Positions 1 to 11,808 of a DNA stretch of 64,000 nt are shown one piece after another. The notes beneath the pieces were generated by a model. It saw only the letters and a list, made by a program, of their open reading frames with translations. It was not told the origin of the DNA and made no database searches. The DNA lies in assembly GCF_001194135.2 (NCBI RefSeq), contig NC_068998.1, positions 12,325,183-12,389,182 on the forward strand. Direction: 5' to 3'. This DNA comes from Octopus bimaculoides (lineage: Eukaryota). The stretch's first letter is position 1; every line of letters starts with the position of its first letter. The translations under genes and the position numbers were made by a program.

Positions 1-403
1 CTTATAACTCTCTCCTTCTCTCGGTGATTTTAATGTCTGGCCATCTCGTAATTGGATGTCTTCGCTGTTGACTACCTGTTCCCTTTTCATGGCAAATATT
101 GCACACTTGTCTATGCCAAACTCCATGCCTATATCTTTGCTGAAGAGTTTTACAGTCGGTATTAAGGAATCTATCTCTTTTTCATTCTTACTAAAAAGCT
201 TCAGATCANNNNNNNNNNCTCTTTTTCATTCTTACTAAAAAGCTTCAGATCATCCATGTAAAGCAAATCGTTAATTTTTCTCTTACTATTTCTGAACTGA
301 TACCCTGCTTTTGCCTTCCTTAATACTAAACTAAGAGGTATCAATCATAATACTAATATTAAGGAAGAAAATGAGTCTCCTTGGAAAATTCTTCTCTTGA
401 TAT
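1..403 (-). mobile_element. R4/Dong-like (RLE-clade) non-LTR retrotransposon, RT fragment running off the window edge
   Basis: Minus strand reads IFQGDS...LRKAKAGYQF...LLYMDDLKLFSKNE...DIGMEFGIDKCA: RT core with YMDD, interrupted by a stop and a 10-N gap. Confidence 0.85.
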
Positions 404-503
404 NNNNNNNNNNNNNNNNNNNNNNNNNNNNNNNNNNNNNNNNNNNNNNNNNNNNNNNNNNNNNNNNNNNNNNNNNNNNNNNNNNNNNNNNNNNNNNNNN
501 NNN

Positions 504-1098
504 ATTATTATTATTATTATTCGGTAGTCTTATTTTTATAACGTGCTTTCACTGCACTACCAAGCGCAGCTCTTGTGTGCCTTGGGTACGTGCTGTGGTT
601 TGTTGTGATGCTCTTATTTTTACTGTATTGAAAGTGTTTTACGTAGGATGTGTGCAGTGCCTAGTAGTGCTATTTTCTGTATGTTATATATATTTGTTAG
701 TCCTGGTGATTTTGTTATGTATTTGTCTGAATATTTTCTTATCATACCTAATGCGCCTACTGTGATAGAAATCGTTTCTGTTTTTCGACTCCCCAATTGA
801 GTTACCTCTATTTCAAGATCTTGGTATTTTGAAAGTTTCTCCGTTTCTTTTAGAAAAACATTGTCATCTGTTGGTATTGATACATCAATTAGAAAGCGTC
901 TTTTGCTTGGTGATTTCTGACAACTAAATCCGACCTATTGGTCTTAATTTCTCTATCTGTCTGTATTGGCATATCTCAGAGTATTGTTGTTTTCTAATTT
1001 TCTGTGACCTTTTTCTGGCGCGTGCCTATACCATCTTTTTTTTTGTTGGTATTCCATTGTGCTGGCAAAGCTTCCAGTGTATATAGGTCTCAACATGA

Positions 1099-1099
<1 letters not shown>
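504..1099 (-). mobile_element. 5'-truncated R4/Dong-like LINE: RLE endonuclease, 3'UTR and (AAT)n tail
   Basis: Minus strand reads YIHWKLCQHNGIP...NRSDLVVRNHQAKDAFLIDVSIPTDDN...KYQDLEIEV...ALLGTAHILRKTLSI*, then a short UTR and (AAT)n running into the gap at 404-503. Confidence 0.85.
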
Positions 1100-1171
<72 letters not shown>

Positions 1172-1172
1172 T
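1099..1172. repeat. (TAT)n microsatellite; tail of the adjacent LINE
   Basis: About 24 perfect trinucleotide units seen directly. Confidence 0.95.
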
Positions 1173-1173
1173 T

Positions 1174-1480
1174 ATGGTTTCCTTTCATTATAACTTTATT
1201 TCAGCTACCTTAGTGCCGGGCTTTCTCCGGAGGCCAAGAGTAGCAAGGGCACTTTTGTTTTGCTATGCATGCTAAAATGATCACCACATTTACTCCATTT
1301 TAGACGGAGAGTGCTTTCCGTAGTATATGGACTGTACGCATCAAGGTTATCTTTTGTAGTTCACGGAGACTGGAGTTACCAGGAAGTTGCTTAATATATT
1401 TCTCAGTTTCCTTCTTCACCATTCCCAACCCACCAAATACCACTGGTATTATCGTAGTACTAAGGTTCCACATTTTTAGA
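1174..1480 (-). mobile_element. 3' end fragment of an R4/Dong-like LINE
   Basis: Minus strand reads KMWNLSTTIIPVVFGGLGMVKKETEKYIKQLPG...LQKITL...HILRKALSV*, followed by UTR and the (AAT)n tail. Confidence 0.8.
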
Positions 1481-3280
1481 AATCCACCAGCGTGATGGAG
1501 AAGCTGTGTTAGATAATCTCTACACTATGAAAACCATGTTATCTGGGATCAAGGAATTGATTTTTCCCCAGGAAGGCTGTTAAGTTTGATCTCACCAGCT
1601 TCGCAAGTACTTTAATGATATGAAAAGTTAGTGAAATCGAGCGGTAATACAACGCGAGCGACTTGTTTCCCTTCAACAGATGGGATGACATACTGGGACG
1701 GAAAATGTTCAGGAATAAAGTCTAGACCCAATGAATACCCCCCGACTTGAACAAGAGGATACGCAAGTTGATTCTTACACTTCTTCAGGAGAAGAATAGA
1801 GAATTATCTGTCGGGACTTCGTATTGAATTGGGTTAAATTTTACTAATTACCGCAACGTTGTTCGTATTACCGAAAGTTATATCCGCATTTTATTGACAA
1901 TGGTTTAAGAGCATAATATTAAACAAAGTAATATGTCATATAGATTATAAAATTGATATCTTTAAAGTCATTGTAGACAATGTAATATTTTTCTCTAATG
2001 AGAAAAGGAAGAGAGAAAGTGACTAACACTAAACATTTTCATCCAATAACAAAAACATATATAAACCCAAAGTTTTCCTAAACTAGTAAAAGTATGATGT
2101 TTAAAACTAAAACTCAAAGTATTTTCGGAGACTACACGTGAAATCGAGATGATGTTGAAATTAGGAGATATTTTTACGCGGTAGAATTCCCCTGGAAAGG
2201 GCTTTTGCTCTATGTAAACACTAAGGACCTTTTCCATTTCCCCCGATTCCTATTGATATTATATGAAGGAACGAAATAAACGTTTCCTAAATTACTTCCA
2301 GATGATAAATCATTTCGTACGCTTTTATTCTTTTTAAAATTTTTTTTACTCTTTTACTTGTTTCAGTTATTTGACTGCGTCTCCGGTAGTATATTATTTT
2401 ACTGACAATGTTGAGAATGCGTAGGATATTTTAAAGTAATATATGATATAGGTTAAAGTAATGATAATTTTGAAGCTAATTTAATGTAATTTGCTTGTTA
2501 TGAGAGAGAAATAAAGAGTAAGATAGACAGCTAGATAGAGCTGGGAAAGATAGAGGAGGAGAGACAGGTAAGAGGGAGAGAGAGGTAAAGGGAGGGAGCA
2601 AGAGCGAGCGCGAGAGGGAGCGAGAGTAAGAGAGAATATGCGAGAGGAGGAGGAAAAAAACATCAGAAAAGTTTCTCTCATTAAAACATACACAGATTCT
2701 TTTCGTAAATTGACAAAAATAAACATAATCATACTTGAATGTGTTGTTGATATTCATACAAAATTCCTAAATATGAGTAAAAACTAGAAAATAGAAAATA
2801 GAAAACAATTTGAGTACAGTACCTGTACTAAGGTCTTCCACAGCTTGGAGTGATGAGAACGACAACACGCACCGTATTTATACGTACGTACGTTGGTGGA
2901 AAATTTTAACCTGTTCTCGAAAAATAGCTAACGACACAACAATAAAAAGAAATCCACTTTAATAAGATCCGCTTCAGTGTATAATTATGTCGCCTATTAA
3001 CGCCGAAGTACTTCTAAATAATCTCCAAACATACTTATTTGTATATACTAAAATGGCATTCAGTCGGTTACGACAAAGATGGTTCGAATTGATCCGATCA
3101 ACAGAACAGCCTGTTCGTGAAATTAACGTGCAAAGAGATGTGCACTCGACAGACACGCGGCAGTGCAGTTTCCTAGGTCTAACCAACAGTAGTATTATTC
3201 CCTTTAGGGGACTGTCACATTAAGTTGACAGCATACAACTACTTCATCGTATCACTACTGCATAAATCTCTCTGAGAGAT

Positions 3281-4010
3281 TTAGAAATGTATTATTTCTT
3301 GCTCCATTTTGTTAAGTCTTTCCTTTTCAATGGATATTAAAGCAAGTAAGGAAATTTTTTGATTTGTCCTTCTGTTCCTAGTGTATCTCTTAATTCTTTT
3401 CAAAGCAGAAAACGACCTCCCCACAGAAACAGTTGTAGTAGGAACTGTCAAGATTAATTGCAGCAACTTCACAGCTTCGGGGAACGTTTGGGTTAGTTTA
3501 TTTGCAAATATAAAATGAAGCAAAGTTTTAACAGATTTATCTCGAAACACCTGTGCATTGTAAATTCTAGCTAAATCCGCTTTCAGTCTTATGATATCTA
3601 AAAAGTTTCCTTAATTCTTTTCTAAACGTTCAAATGCATTCTTATCAACTTGGCAAGCAAGATCTTGAAATTTATTTTCATAAACTAATGAAATGAACTT
3701 TAAGTTTTTGAAATCAGCAAATCTTGCTTTCATGTTCTTCAGTATGTAATCCAAAATTACACCAAACATTCCCATTCTTTTTTCTTTAAATGAACCTTTT
3801 GTATGAGATTTTGACTTGGTTAAGTTATTTTCTCTGCAACATTCTTCAAACTTTACATACAAATCCTCGAAACTTTTGTGTAGATTTTCAAGTAAATTTA
3901 TTGTTCCATTAATCCCCTCAATGCATTATGAAATGTCTATCATTTTGGTTTGTAGGACATTAAAAAGAGTGTCAGTTTTAATGAAAATTTCAATATAAAC
4001 CATCAGAAGA
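3281..4010 (-). mobile_element. Degenerate hAT transposase, C-terminal part with dimerisation domain
   Basis: LILTVPTTTVSVGRSFSALKRIKRYTRN...LALISIE matches the hAT C-terminal dimerisation motif; upstream frames give DTLFNVLQTKMIDIS and ILKNMKARFADFKNLKF; stops and frameshifts present. Confidence 0.85.
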
Positions 4011-4059
4011 AAGTATGTTGAGTCTTTTGTTAGCCGCTCATATTTATATATATAATCTT

Positions 4060-4218
4060 CCATCTTTACGTTCTGAATTCAAATTCCGCCGAGGTCAACT
4101 TCGCGTTTCATCCTTTCGGCGGGTGTAGGATGGGGGTCGATAAAATAAATACCAGCTGATGTAATCGAATTGTCCTCTTCCTCGATCTTGCTAGTTTTGT
4201 GCCAAATTTTGAAACCAA
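4060..4218 (+). mobile_element. tRNA-derived SINE family A, 5'-truncated
   Basis: Shares GTTCTGA(G/A)TTCAAATTCCGCCGAGGTC and the TTGTGCCAAATTTTGAAACCAAT tail with many other copies in the window. Confidence 0.8.
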
Positions 4219-4551
4219 TATATATTTACACACAAACACGCGCGCGCGTATACAATACTCACTAAATGCCTTTTTAATAGGTTCATCTAGTTACATATGC
4301 TGAAAACGTTTTATTTGTTTTAATATAACAATCAAATATCAAGGAAAGATTTTTGTCTTTTATAGCGAATCCTGTATGCACTTGCTAAAGAATAAACAAA
4401 CAAACAAAAAACTTTTAAATTTTTTAAATATTAAAAATTTTTTAAATATTTAAAATTTTAAATATTTTAAATATTAAAAAAAAATTTAATATTTTAAACT
4501 GGAAAGAACTTGCAGTGCTCATTTTACGTAATATACAACACCTGTGAATGA

Positions 4552-5061
4552 TCAGAAAGTGTTCATTTCAAGGAGATCTGATATTTTATTATTCTCATAT
4601 TGGAAAATTTTGCGCAATGAAGCCAGCAATTCATCACGAAACTGTCGACTGAAAAGACCGTAAATATACAGGTTAAGAGCAGAGCTGAGATAAAAAGAAT
4701 AGGTTAATAATTTGTAAATCATTTGTTCTTTATCACTTGCAGCATCTTCAAAATCTTTAACATAAAACTTCCTGAAAACTCCACTGAAGTGTGGTATATA
4801 GCTGAGAATCCAGAACAAAGAGATGATGAAGATTGAATTGGACCGAAATGGAGGCATTGATTCTTTTCTAAATTTTGCAAAATGGGTAGATCGAATGTCT
4901 GAAGAACTGCTGTTAGTATACTGCTCTTCAGGTTTGGAAATGTTATAATTCATGTAAAATTCAATAAACCGATTTGCTCTGCTTTTCTTTGCTTGGACAA
5001 GTTTCCAAATTGGCATCGCAATTAATATGTATATTATCACGAGAATTATAGACATAAAAAT
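4552..5061 (-). pseudogene. GPCR copy 1: TM5-TM7 remnant of a class A orphan GPCR
   Basis: Open 167-aa frame aligns to copies 3 and 4 (IILVIIYILI, FWILSYIPHF, YKLLTYSFYLSSALNLYIYGLFSRQFR). NPxxY has become NLYIY. No TM1-TM4 sequence is recognisable upstream. Confidence 0.8.
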
Positions 5062-5117
5062 GGACTGACCTCCTCCCCCAAAATTCGGACCTTGTGCCTA
5101 GAATAGAAAAGAATATC
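5062..5117 (+). mobile_element. 3' tail fragment of SINE family A at the truncation point of GPCR copy 1
   Basis: GGACTGACCTCCTCCCCCAAAATTCGGACCTTGTGCC resembles the tail CGACTTAACCCCTCCCCCAAAATTTGCTGGCCTTGTGCC at 12473-12510. Confidence 0.6.
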
Positions 5118-6144
5118 GTAACTACATTTGAAGTAGTACGGAGTGCGTTCTGTGTGAACATATCAATTCTGTAAAAGGTTATTCTAGATACCCTTGCCCA
5201 AATATTTATTTGAGAAATACTTTTCTTACACCTGACGTGCACAATTCACGTCATAACATTTATGTTCATGTTGGTGCATCGTATTCTGATTATTTGATCT
5301 GGTGCAGCTAGAATCAAGCCCTCTGTCATTTCCTTAGCCATTGAAATGACTTCTGATCTCGGTAACTTTCAGTACTTCCAAAAACATTGGGTAAACTTGT
5401 TGCTTTCAAATTCCGAGAACTTCACGTTTTTCTCTTCTTTCAGCCACCATATCAAGTCTTCATACAAAGTCTTTATACAAAGATCAACTCAAGCAAAAAG
5501 AAATAAGTACAGGCTTGTTTTTTTTTGCCTCTGATCACTTTTCTTTTAAACTTTGCTTTGTAATTTTTACAGGATGTATTTGATGGCATATGCAAAAATC
5601 GGGCGAAGCGATTCGCTGCATGATCTGAAGATCTGAAAAATTTCAGAAATTGTTTAAGAAATAACAATCTTTCACATCTACTTCAGTTTCAAACTCGTCT
5701 CATATTTATTTTTATTTTTGAATATAAATAATCCAGTCGCTAGTTTCTCAAAGAACACGGAGCGACCTGTTTTGGAACACCAATTTGCAAACGTTGTAGA
5801 ACAATCTAAAGTACTATAAACGTCTCAGGGATAGATAACGGGAGAAAGACTACATCAGTGCTTCCAGCCTAGGGACCCTGAGAGTTTCGCTATTTGCAAG
5901 AGTTCGGCAGCGGTTCCGCGATGATGATAATTAGCCTAATTGTATGTAAGTGCATTATCGAATCATTTTTATCGAGTCAATTCGTATTGATAAATATATA
6001 TTATACGTGCACGACATATTCTGTTAATGTGGGGAAGTACAGACAATTGTTAGATGGCAAGAAGTCCTTACAGGAAATAAAAAAAAAGAAAACAGGCACG
6101 AAGGTCAGCATGACTAAATAATCTATATAATAATCTGCTTGCTC

Positions 6145-6249
6145 GAGGCGGTGAACTGGCAGAAACTTTAGCAAGCCAGGCGAACTGCTTTAGCGATATT
6201 TCGTCTGTTTTTACCTTCTGAGTTCAAATTCCGCCGAGGTCGACTTTGC
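6145..6249 (+). mobile_element. SINE family A, 5' half
   Basis: Head GAGGCGGTGAACTGGCAGAA (A-box-like) and GAGTTCAAATTCC (B-box-like). Confidence 0.8.
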
Positions 6250-6385
6250 ATCGAGAATTTGTCCTCCAGGGCCAGACCGTTAAACAAGAGTTCTATTTCG
6301 AAGATGATAATGTTAAAGCTAAGGTAAATAAGTTATTTTTTTTTGTTAAACATAACTAGTCCGGGAACTTTCTGATACCACCTCA
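6248..6385 (+). mobile_element. Mariner remnant: short transposase piece plus right terminal inverted repeat
   Basis: Codes HREFVLQGQTVKQEFYFE (mariner EFVPxGQTVN motif); ends with GTCCGGGAACTTTCTGATACCACCTCA then TA, resembling the TIR of the element at 46182-46398. Confidence 0.6.
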
Positions 6386-6444
6386 TATACTATATATGTA
6401 TATACATGAGTATGTGTGGTGGGTATGTGTGTGTGTGGTGCGTG

Positions 6445-6665
6445 TGTTTGTGTTTTTGTCCCCGCTTCTCTGCTTGACAAACGTTGTTGGCTTGTTTTAC
6501 GAACCCGTAAATTAGCGGTTCAGCAAAAGACTGGTAAACAGATTTCAAAAATAGATAATAAATAAATAAAAGAATTATAATAATGAAAATAATAAGTACT
6601 GGGTCAATTTGTTCAGCCAAAGACGTTGCCCCAATATGGCCATATTCAAATGGTTTGAACAAAAT
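6445..6665 (+). mobile_element. SINE family B, degenerate 3' part
   Basis: TTTGTCCCC...GCTTGACAA...CCGTAAATTAGCGGTTC(A)GCAAAAGA motifs shared with the full copy at 60455-60858. Confidence 0.7.
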
Positions 6666-7129
6666 ACAAAAGCTATTCATAACACTACTAACCTTACCAA
6701 ACACCCCCTTCATACAACATACATCAGATGCAATACTTAAACACGAACGCAAAAACCCTCCTTTATCCATATAATATCCTGGTATGAAACAGGATATGAT
6801 CCAATAATATCCAGTTTAAGTCTAAGTATTAGCACTCATATGCCTTAAGTATGTTAATAACAGTATATTCATCAAAACATCATCTGCAAGTACTTACTTA
6901 CGACTGACTATTTGTGTATGTCCGGAAATGTTTATATTTACAAATACATCCTGTAAATTGAAATACGAGCTTAAATTAACACCTAAATATTCCTTGTAAA
7001 GATTACTTTTTCTAAAGGTACACTGGGATCTAATTTACTAACTCTGTCATGTTTGTCATGCTTTCTTTGTCTTTCACTGAAGGAATATTGATTTCCTCGC
7101 CTCCGTCTACGCTTGTGTTGTAGTCATCC

Positions 7130-7440
7130 CTTCTTCTTCTTCTTCTTCTTCTTCTTCTTCTTCTTCTTCTTCTTCTTTTTCTTTTTCTTTTTATTTTTCT
7201 TTTTCTTTTTCTTTTTCTTTTTCTTTTTCTTTTTCTTTTTCTTTTTCTTTTTCTTCTTCTTCTTTTTCTTTTTCTTTTTCTTTTTCTTTTTCTTTTTCTT
7301 TTTCTTTTTCTTTTTCTTCTTCTTCTTTTTCTTCTTCTTCTTCTTCTTCTTCTTCTTCTTCTTCTTCTCCTCCTCCACCTCTTTCCCCTCCTCGTCTCCC
7401 TCCTTCCCTTTCTCCTCTTCCTCCTTCTCCCCGTCCTTTC
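7130..7440. repeat. Long polypyrimidine tract of (CTT)n and (CTTTTT)n
   Basis: Seen directly; accounts for the poly-F/K/R ORFs. Confidence 0.95.
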
Positions 7441-7767
7441 CTTACTCATGTATATTTTGATAATGGTATAAAAACGTTTTTGTACATGGTTCTTACTCTG
7501 TCTGTCTGTCTGTCTGTCTGCCTCATTCTCTCTTTGTCACTCATCTCTAAAATTAACTCTCCTCTTTGCCATTAATTAATTCCGAAGTGCTAAAAATGCT
7601 ACTGAGGCATATGGATGAAGAAGGAGATCTAAATATTTCAAGTCATAATGAAATCCACCCTCAAAAACAGTATCAAAGATTTTTTTTAGATGCGACACAA
7701 GACTAAATCCTTGGGAAAAATCATGCGGCAGAAGAAAACCTAGAAATGTTTCAACTGCTAAGTGTGT

Positions 7768-7935
7768 AGGCATACCTGTGTGGCTATGAAACTCGCTTTG
7801 CGACCATGTGGCTTCGGGTTTAGTTCCATTGCAATGTATCATGGGCTCTTGTCTTCAATTATAGCCCTAGGCCGACTAATGTCTTGTGAGTGAATATGGA
7901 AGACTGAAACTATGTGGAAGCCCGTCGTATATGTA
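7768..7935 (+). mobile_element. SINE family B, degenerate 5' part
   Basis: Aligns to the head and GCCCGTCGTATAT region of 60455-60858. Confidence 0.7.
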
Positions 7936-8152
7936 TATATAATAGCACCATCTAACTTGGAGCGAAATGTAAATCTTATAACTTTTGAAGCCTATCACGT
8001 CACCTGATGAGGCTCCTTTGCACTGCAAGATGCATCTGATGTAATTACATCGCTCCCCACCTACTAGGGAACAGTAAAGAAGGCAGGCGAAACGATTATT
8101 GTGCTAAATAAAGCTTCTTGTTACACTCCGTCTTCCGTATCAATCATTTAGT

Positions 8153-8211
<59 letters not shown>

Positions 8212-9116
8212 TGTATGTATAAGGATTTCGTAATGAGATAAAAAATCAATGCTGTGTATAATATAGAACATTTATAAATAGAAGGTCTTACAGCTGTTTC
8301 CAGGATATTTATTATATCGCTTTATCGGAGACGGTGTGAGAGGATGGTTAAGCAATAGTTTAGATAAGATAGGAAATAGAGAGTGAATGTAGGGATATTG
8401 TATTTGTAAATCCACTGTTTAGGCAGAATGTGAGTAGTATATTGGTGTTTATTACAATAGTTTGCAGGTCACTACATCACGTCGACGTTGTCATCGTTTA
8501 ATCAAAGGTCGGTCCTGGCCGAGCAGATCAACTTGTAAATATGTTTTAACTCCAAGCCATAGGAAATCTTGTTAATAAAGCCAATCTGTTATCTGGTTTA
8601 ATACTAATGCCAGCTTTCATTCAAATACATTGCATATATTCAAATCAGAGCTCGATATCTGGATAATTTGCTTACTACAGCGACATATGAGTACAAAATT
8701 CTTCACTCCTTTTCCACGATACTAGTATCAAACTTCATCTGAAGAAGCCATAAAACGATATGGAACTTCATTACCAAATGTGTCCTTTCTTTTTAAAGTA
8801 GGTAGAGTGCGATTTGAAAATGATTTGGCTGCTATTTTTTGTATAGAGAGTTCCTTATTGATAAGATCCGTGTAGTTACCCATTCTGAGCATTCTTTTTA
8901 TTTGTTTTAATATGATAACGTTTAGCCGTTTGGCTCTTTATTAGAAGTGGTTTCATATGAAAGGAATTTAAACATATATCCTTGTCGCTAAAGTACTTTC
9001 TGTTCAAGTATTTCAGACTGGGAAGAGCTTGTAGCTTCATTTAAGGTAATAAGTACCACTTGTGAAATGAGTTGAAAGAAGTTCAATATCTTGTTAAGTA
9101 CATAATATTAATATGT

Positions 9117-10239
9117 CATGAAATAAAATCCTTTAGTTCCGTTAGTTCAATGAAAGATTGTCAACCAAAAGGTCCCTAGATATATGGATTAACAGCTCAC
9201 TTGAGATAAAATAATTCATCGACAACTTGTATATTGCAAGTTCGGTATGACTTAAGAGTGTCATTAAAATTTTTAACTGACATCCTCCAAAATATTGCAA
9301 CGAAATGTAAAAGAAAAAGGAAAAAAAATCTTATAGTCCAGATCAAAGTGATAGTGAACAGAATTAAATTAGTCCTATATGGTTGCATTGTGTGCACTCT
9401 GTAAATATTAGTAGAGAGCACTCGTTTCTTTGAAGAACTACCATCACTATTCTCCTCATCAGATAGTGTAATTTTTTGGAGTTGAAAAATCCAGAACTAT
9501 GTCTTCTTACTTTTGCTCTGTAAATGTGCAAAACACGTTTCCCAATTGATGAGTATATTATTATGAGAACAAAATACATAAAACAGCTACCGACGAGCAA
9601 TGTAGTATAATAGATTAAAGGATAGACTGTATCATTTAAACTATCAGAAGATGAACACACTTCTCCAATATGTCTACTTTGTCCGACTATCCTGTGTTGT
9701 TTGCTGTATACAAAAGTTGATGGTATACTAAAAATAAGAGTCGAGGATACCATTGATGCTTGAATTATATTCCCAATCTTAACAGAGAATTGTTGCTGAA
9801 GGGGTCGACCCTACAAGTATGTATCTATCGACTGTTATAAGGTATACAATAATGGCTGAAGTGAAAACTGCTGTAGAAACGGTAAAACGCATCAAGCAGC
9901 ATGCAGCATCACAGTGGAACGTGCAAGGAAAATGAAAAATTACTACATACTGAACAAGTTAGAAAATTACACATTGACAGTGCTACAATGGAAATCTGTG
10001 ACCGTAATTTCAAATTTGAAATGGATAAAAGTGACAATACTATTTCCGGTTACTCCAAGTCTCATATAAATTCCGAGATATTCTATTATAGGAAAATAAT
10101 CATCTGTCATTTCAGCATTCAGTTCTAAAATACCACCATAACCGTTGACAATTTTGTTTATGCCCTTCTTTTCTTCTTCTCTACCCCATGGAAAACTTCG
10201 TAGACAGATTTTGTTTGGCATAAATGACACTTGTATTTT
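9117..10239 (-). pseudogene. GPCR copy 2: frameshifted near-full-length class A GPCR pseudogene
   Basis: Pieces across frames: ELNAEMTDDYFPIIEYLG...GVTGNS (TM1), IVALSMCNFLTC (TM2), DAAC...ITVDRY (DRY at 9821-9829), IFSIPSTFVYSKQ...CS...VYPLIYY, RTNLILFTITLIW, AVNPYI*. Several frameshifts and stops; no ATG at the paralogous start position. Confidence 0.9.
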
Positions 10240-10391
10240 CTACAAAGATAGGAAACGGTGTTATATTAAACATTGTTGTTCAAGAAATTACTTTAAATAA
10301 TACACGGTAGTCTAATAAATTAAGATAACATAGATTTATGCAAAACGAAAAAAATTACATTTATCAAAGAAACAAGTTGGTGTGAATTAAT

Positions 10392-10995
10392 ATTGGTTTC
10401 AAATTTTGGCATAAGGCCAGCAAGTTCATGGGAGAAGGTAAGTCGATCACATCAACCCCAGTGCTCAGCTGGTACTTATTTTATTGACTCTGAAAAGATG
10501 AAAGGCAAAGTTAACCTTGTTGAAATTTGAACTCAAAACATGAAAATAATCATATAATAAATTTTTGCACAAAATGCTTAGTGGCATTTCGTCCAAAATA
10601 GTAAATATATTATTATAGGTACAAGGTATGAAATTTAAGTGGGAAAGGTCTAGTCAATTACATCGACACCAGTGTTCCACTGGTACTTATTTAATTGACT
10701 CAGAAAGGATGAAAAGCGGAATTTGAACTTAGATAAAGACAGACGAAATACCGCTAAGCATTTTACTCGGCGTGCTAACGTTTCTACCATTTCGCTACCT
10801 TCAGTGTGAATTAATACTGGTTTCGAATTTTGGCATAAGGCCAGCAAATTCGTGAGAGGAGTTAAGTCGATTACATCGACCCCAGTGCTCGGCTGGTACT
10901 TATTTTATCGACCGTGAAGGTATGAAAGGCAAAGTTTGACCTCAACGGAATTTGAACTCAGAACCGGAAGACGGACGAAATGCTGCTAAGCATTT
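10392..10995 (-). mobile_element. Three adjacent same-orientation SINE family A copies
   Basis: Units at ~10392-10545, 10617-10801 and 10815-10995, each the reverse complement of the family A consensus. Confidence 0.85.
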
Positions 10996-11193
10996 ACACT
11001 CTCTCACTGGACAGTGATGAAGACAATGATAATAAGTCCAGACAATTTTTTGAAAAATAACTTTTATCAAAACAAGACCCCCACTTAGAGTAGCCACCTG
11101 GTTTTGCCATTTTTAAAGGCCAAGAATCAACTTGTCATCTTCTACTGAAAGAACTTTCTTTCTTTCTCTTTTCCATTGACACTCCTTTCAGAT

Positions 11194-11194
<1 letters not shown>

Positions 11195-11272
<78 letters not shown>
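11195..11272. repeat. Compound (AC)n(TC)n microsatellite
   Basis: Seen directly. Confidence 0.95.
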
Positions 11273-11276
<4 letters not shown>

Positions 11277-11754
11277 TTCTCCCCATTTCTCACCCTCTTT
11301 TACTATCCTATATCTCTCTCCACTCCTACATACTCAATAACGCTATAAAAAGAGACGAATCCACTCAAAAAATTTAAATCTGAAGAGTCTATTAGAGTAG
11401 ACGCAAGCGCCAATATATGATTTATAAAAACATGTGACATATTAATAAAAATCTGTAAATGTACAACCATGCGTGACATGACATGAATAGAATGAGAAGG
11501 GAACAAACATTACGTAATCAACTTCATTGTCCTACAGCTGTCTCCATTATAAGTAGTGTACTCAGAGCTGAATGCTTGTGCATCACCTTTTAGCTTCCTA
11601 AGAGCTCAAAACAGGAGTGTTTACATATTTTCTGTTGTTTACTCTTCTCGTTCTACACTCCTTAATTGAAGGACTCTATTTACAAACTTGAACAGCCGTG
11701 AAGATACTTTTGCATCGTCAAGAAAAGTATTTATACGCCCGCGCGCCCCGCGCG

Positions 11755-11808
<54 letters not shown>

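Noticed and set aside
170-251. Direct repeat around a 10-N gap (also 13656-13720)
   Set aside because: Identical sequence on both sides of a minimal gap indicates unmerged contig overlap.
2987-3223. 78-aa ORF next to the hAT fragment
   Set aside because: No motif, splice context or paralog recognised.
5250-5900. Possible hAT/Charlie-like remnant or displaced N-terminal half of GPCR copy 1
   Set aside because: No convincing transposase motif and no alignment to TM1-TM4 of the paralogs.
5566-6957. 17-bp exact inverted match TTTACAGGATGTATTTG (5566-5582 and 6941-6957)
   Set aside because: No extension, no target-site duplication; plausible by chance in AT-rich 64 kb.
7030-7460. Poly-Arg/Lys/Phe ORFs
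   Set aside because: Translations of the (CTT)n/(CTTTTT)n tract.
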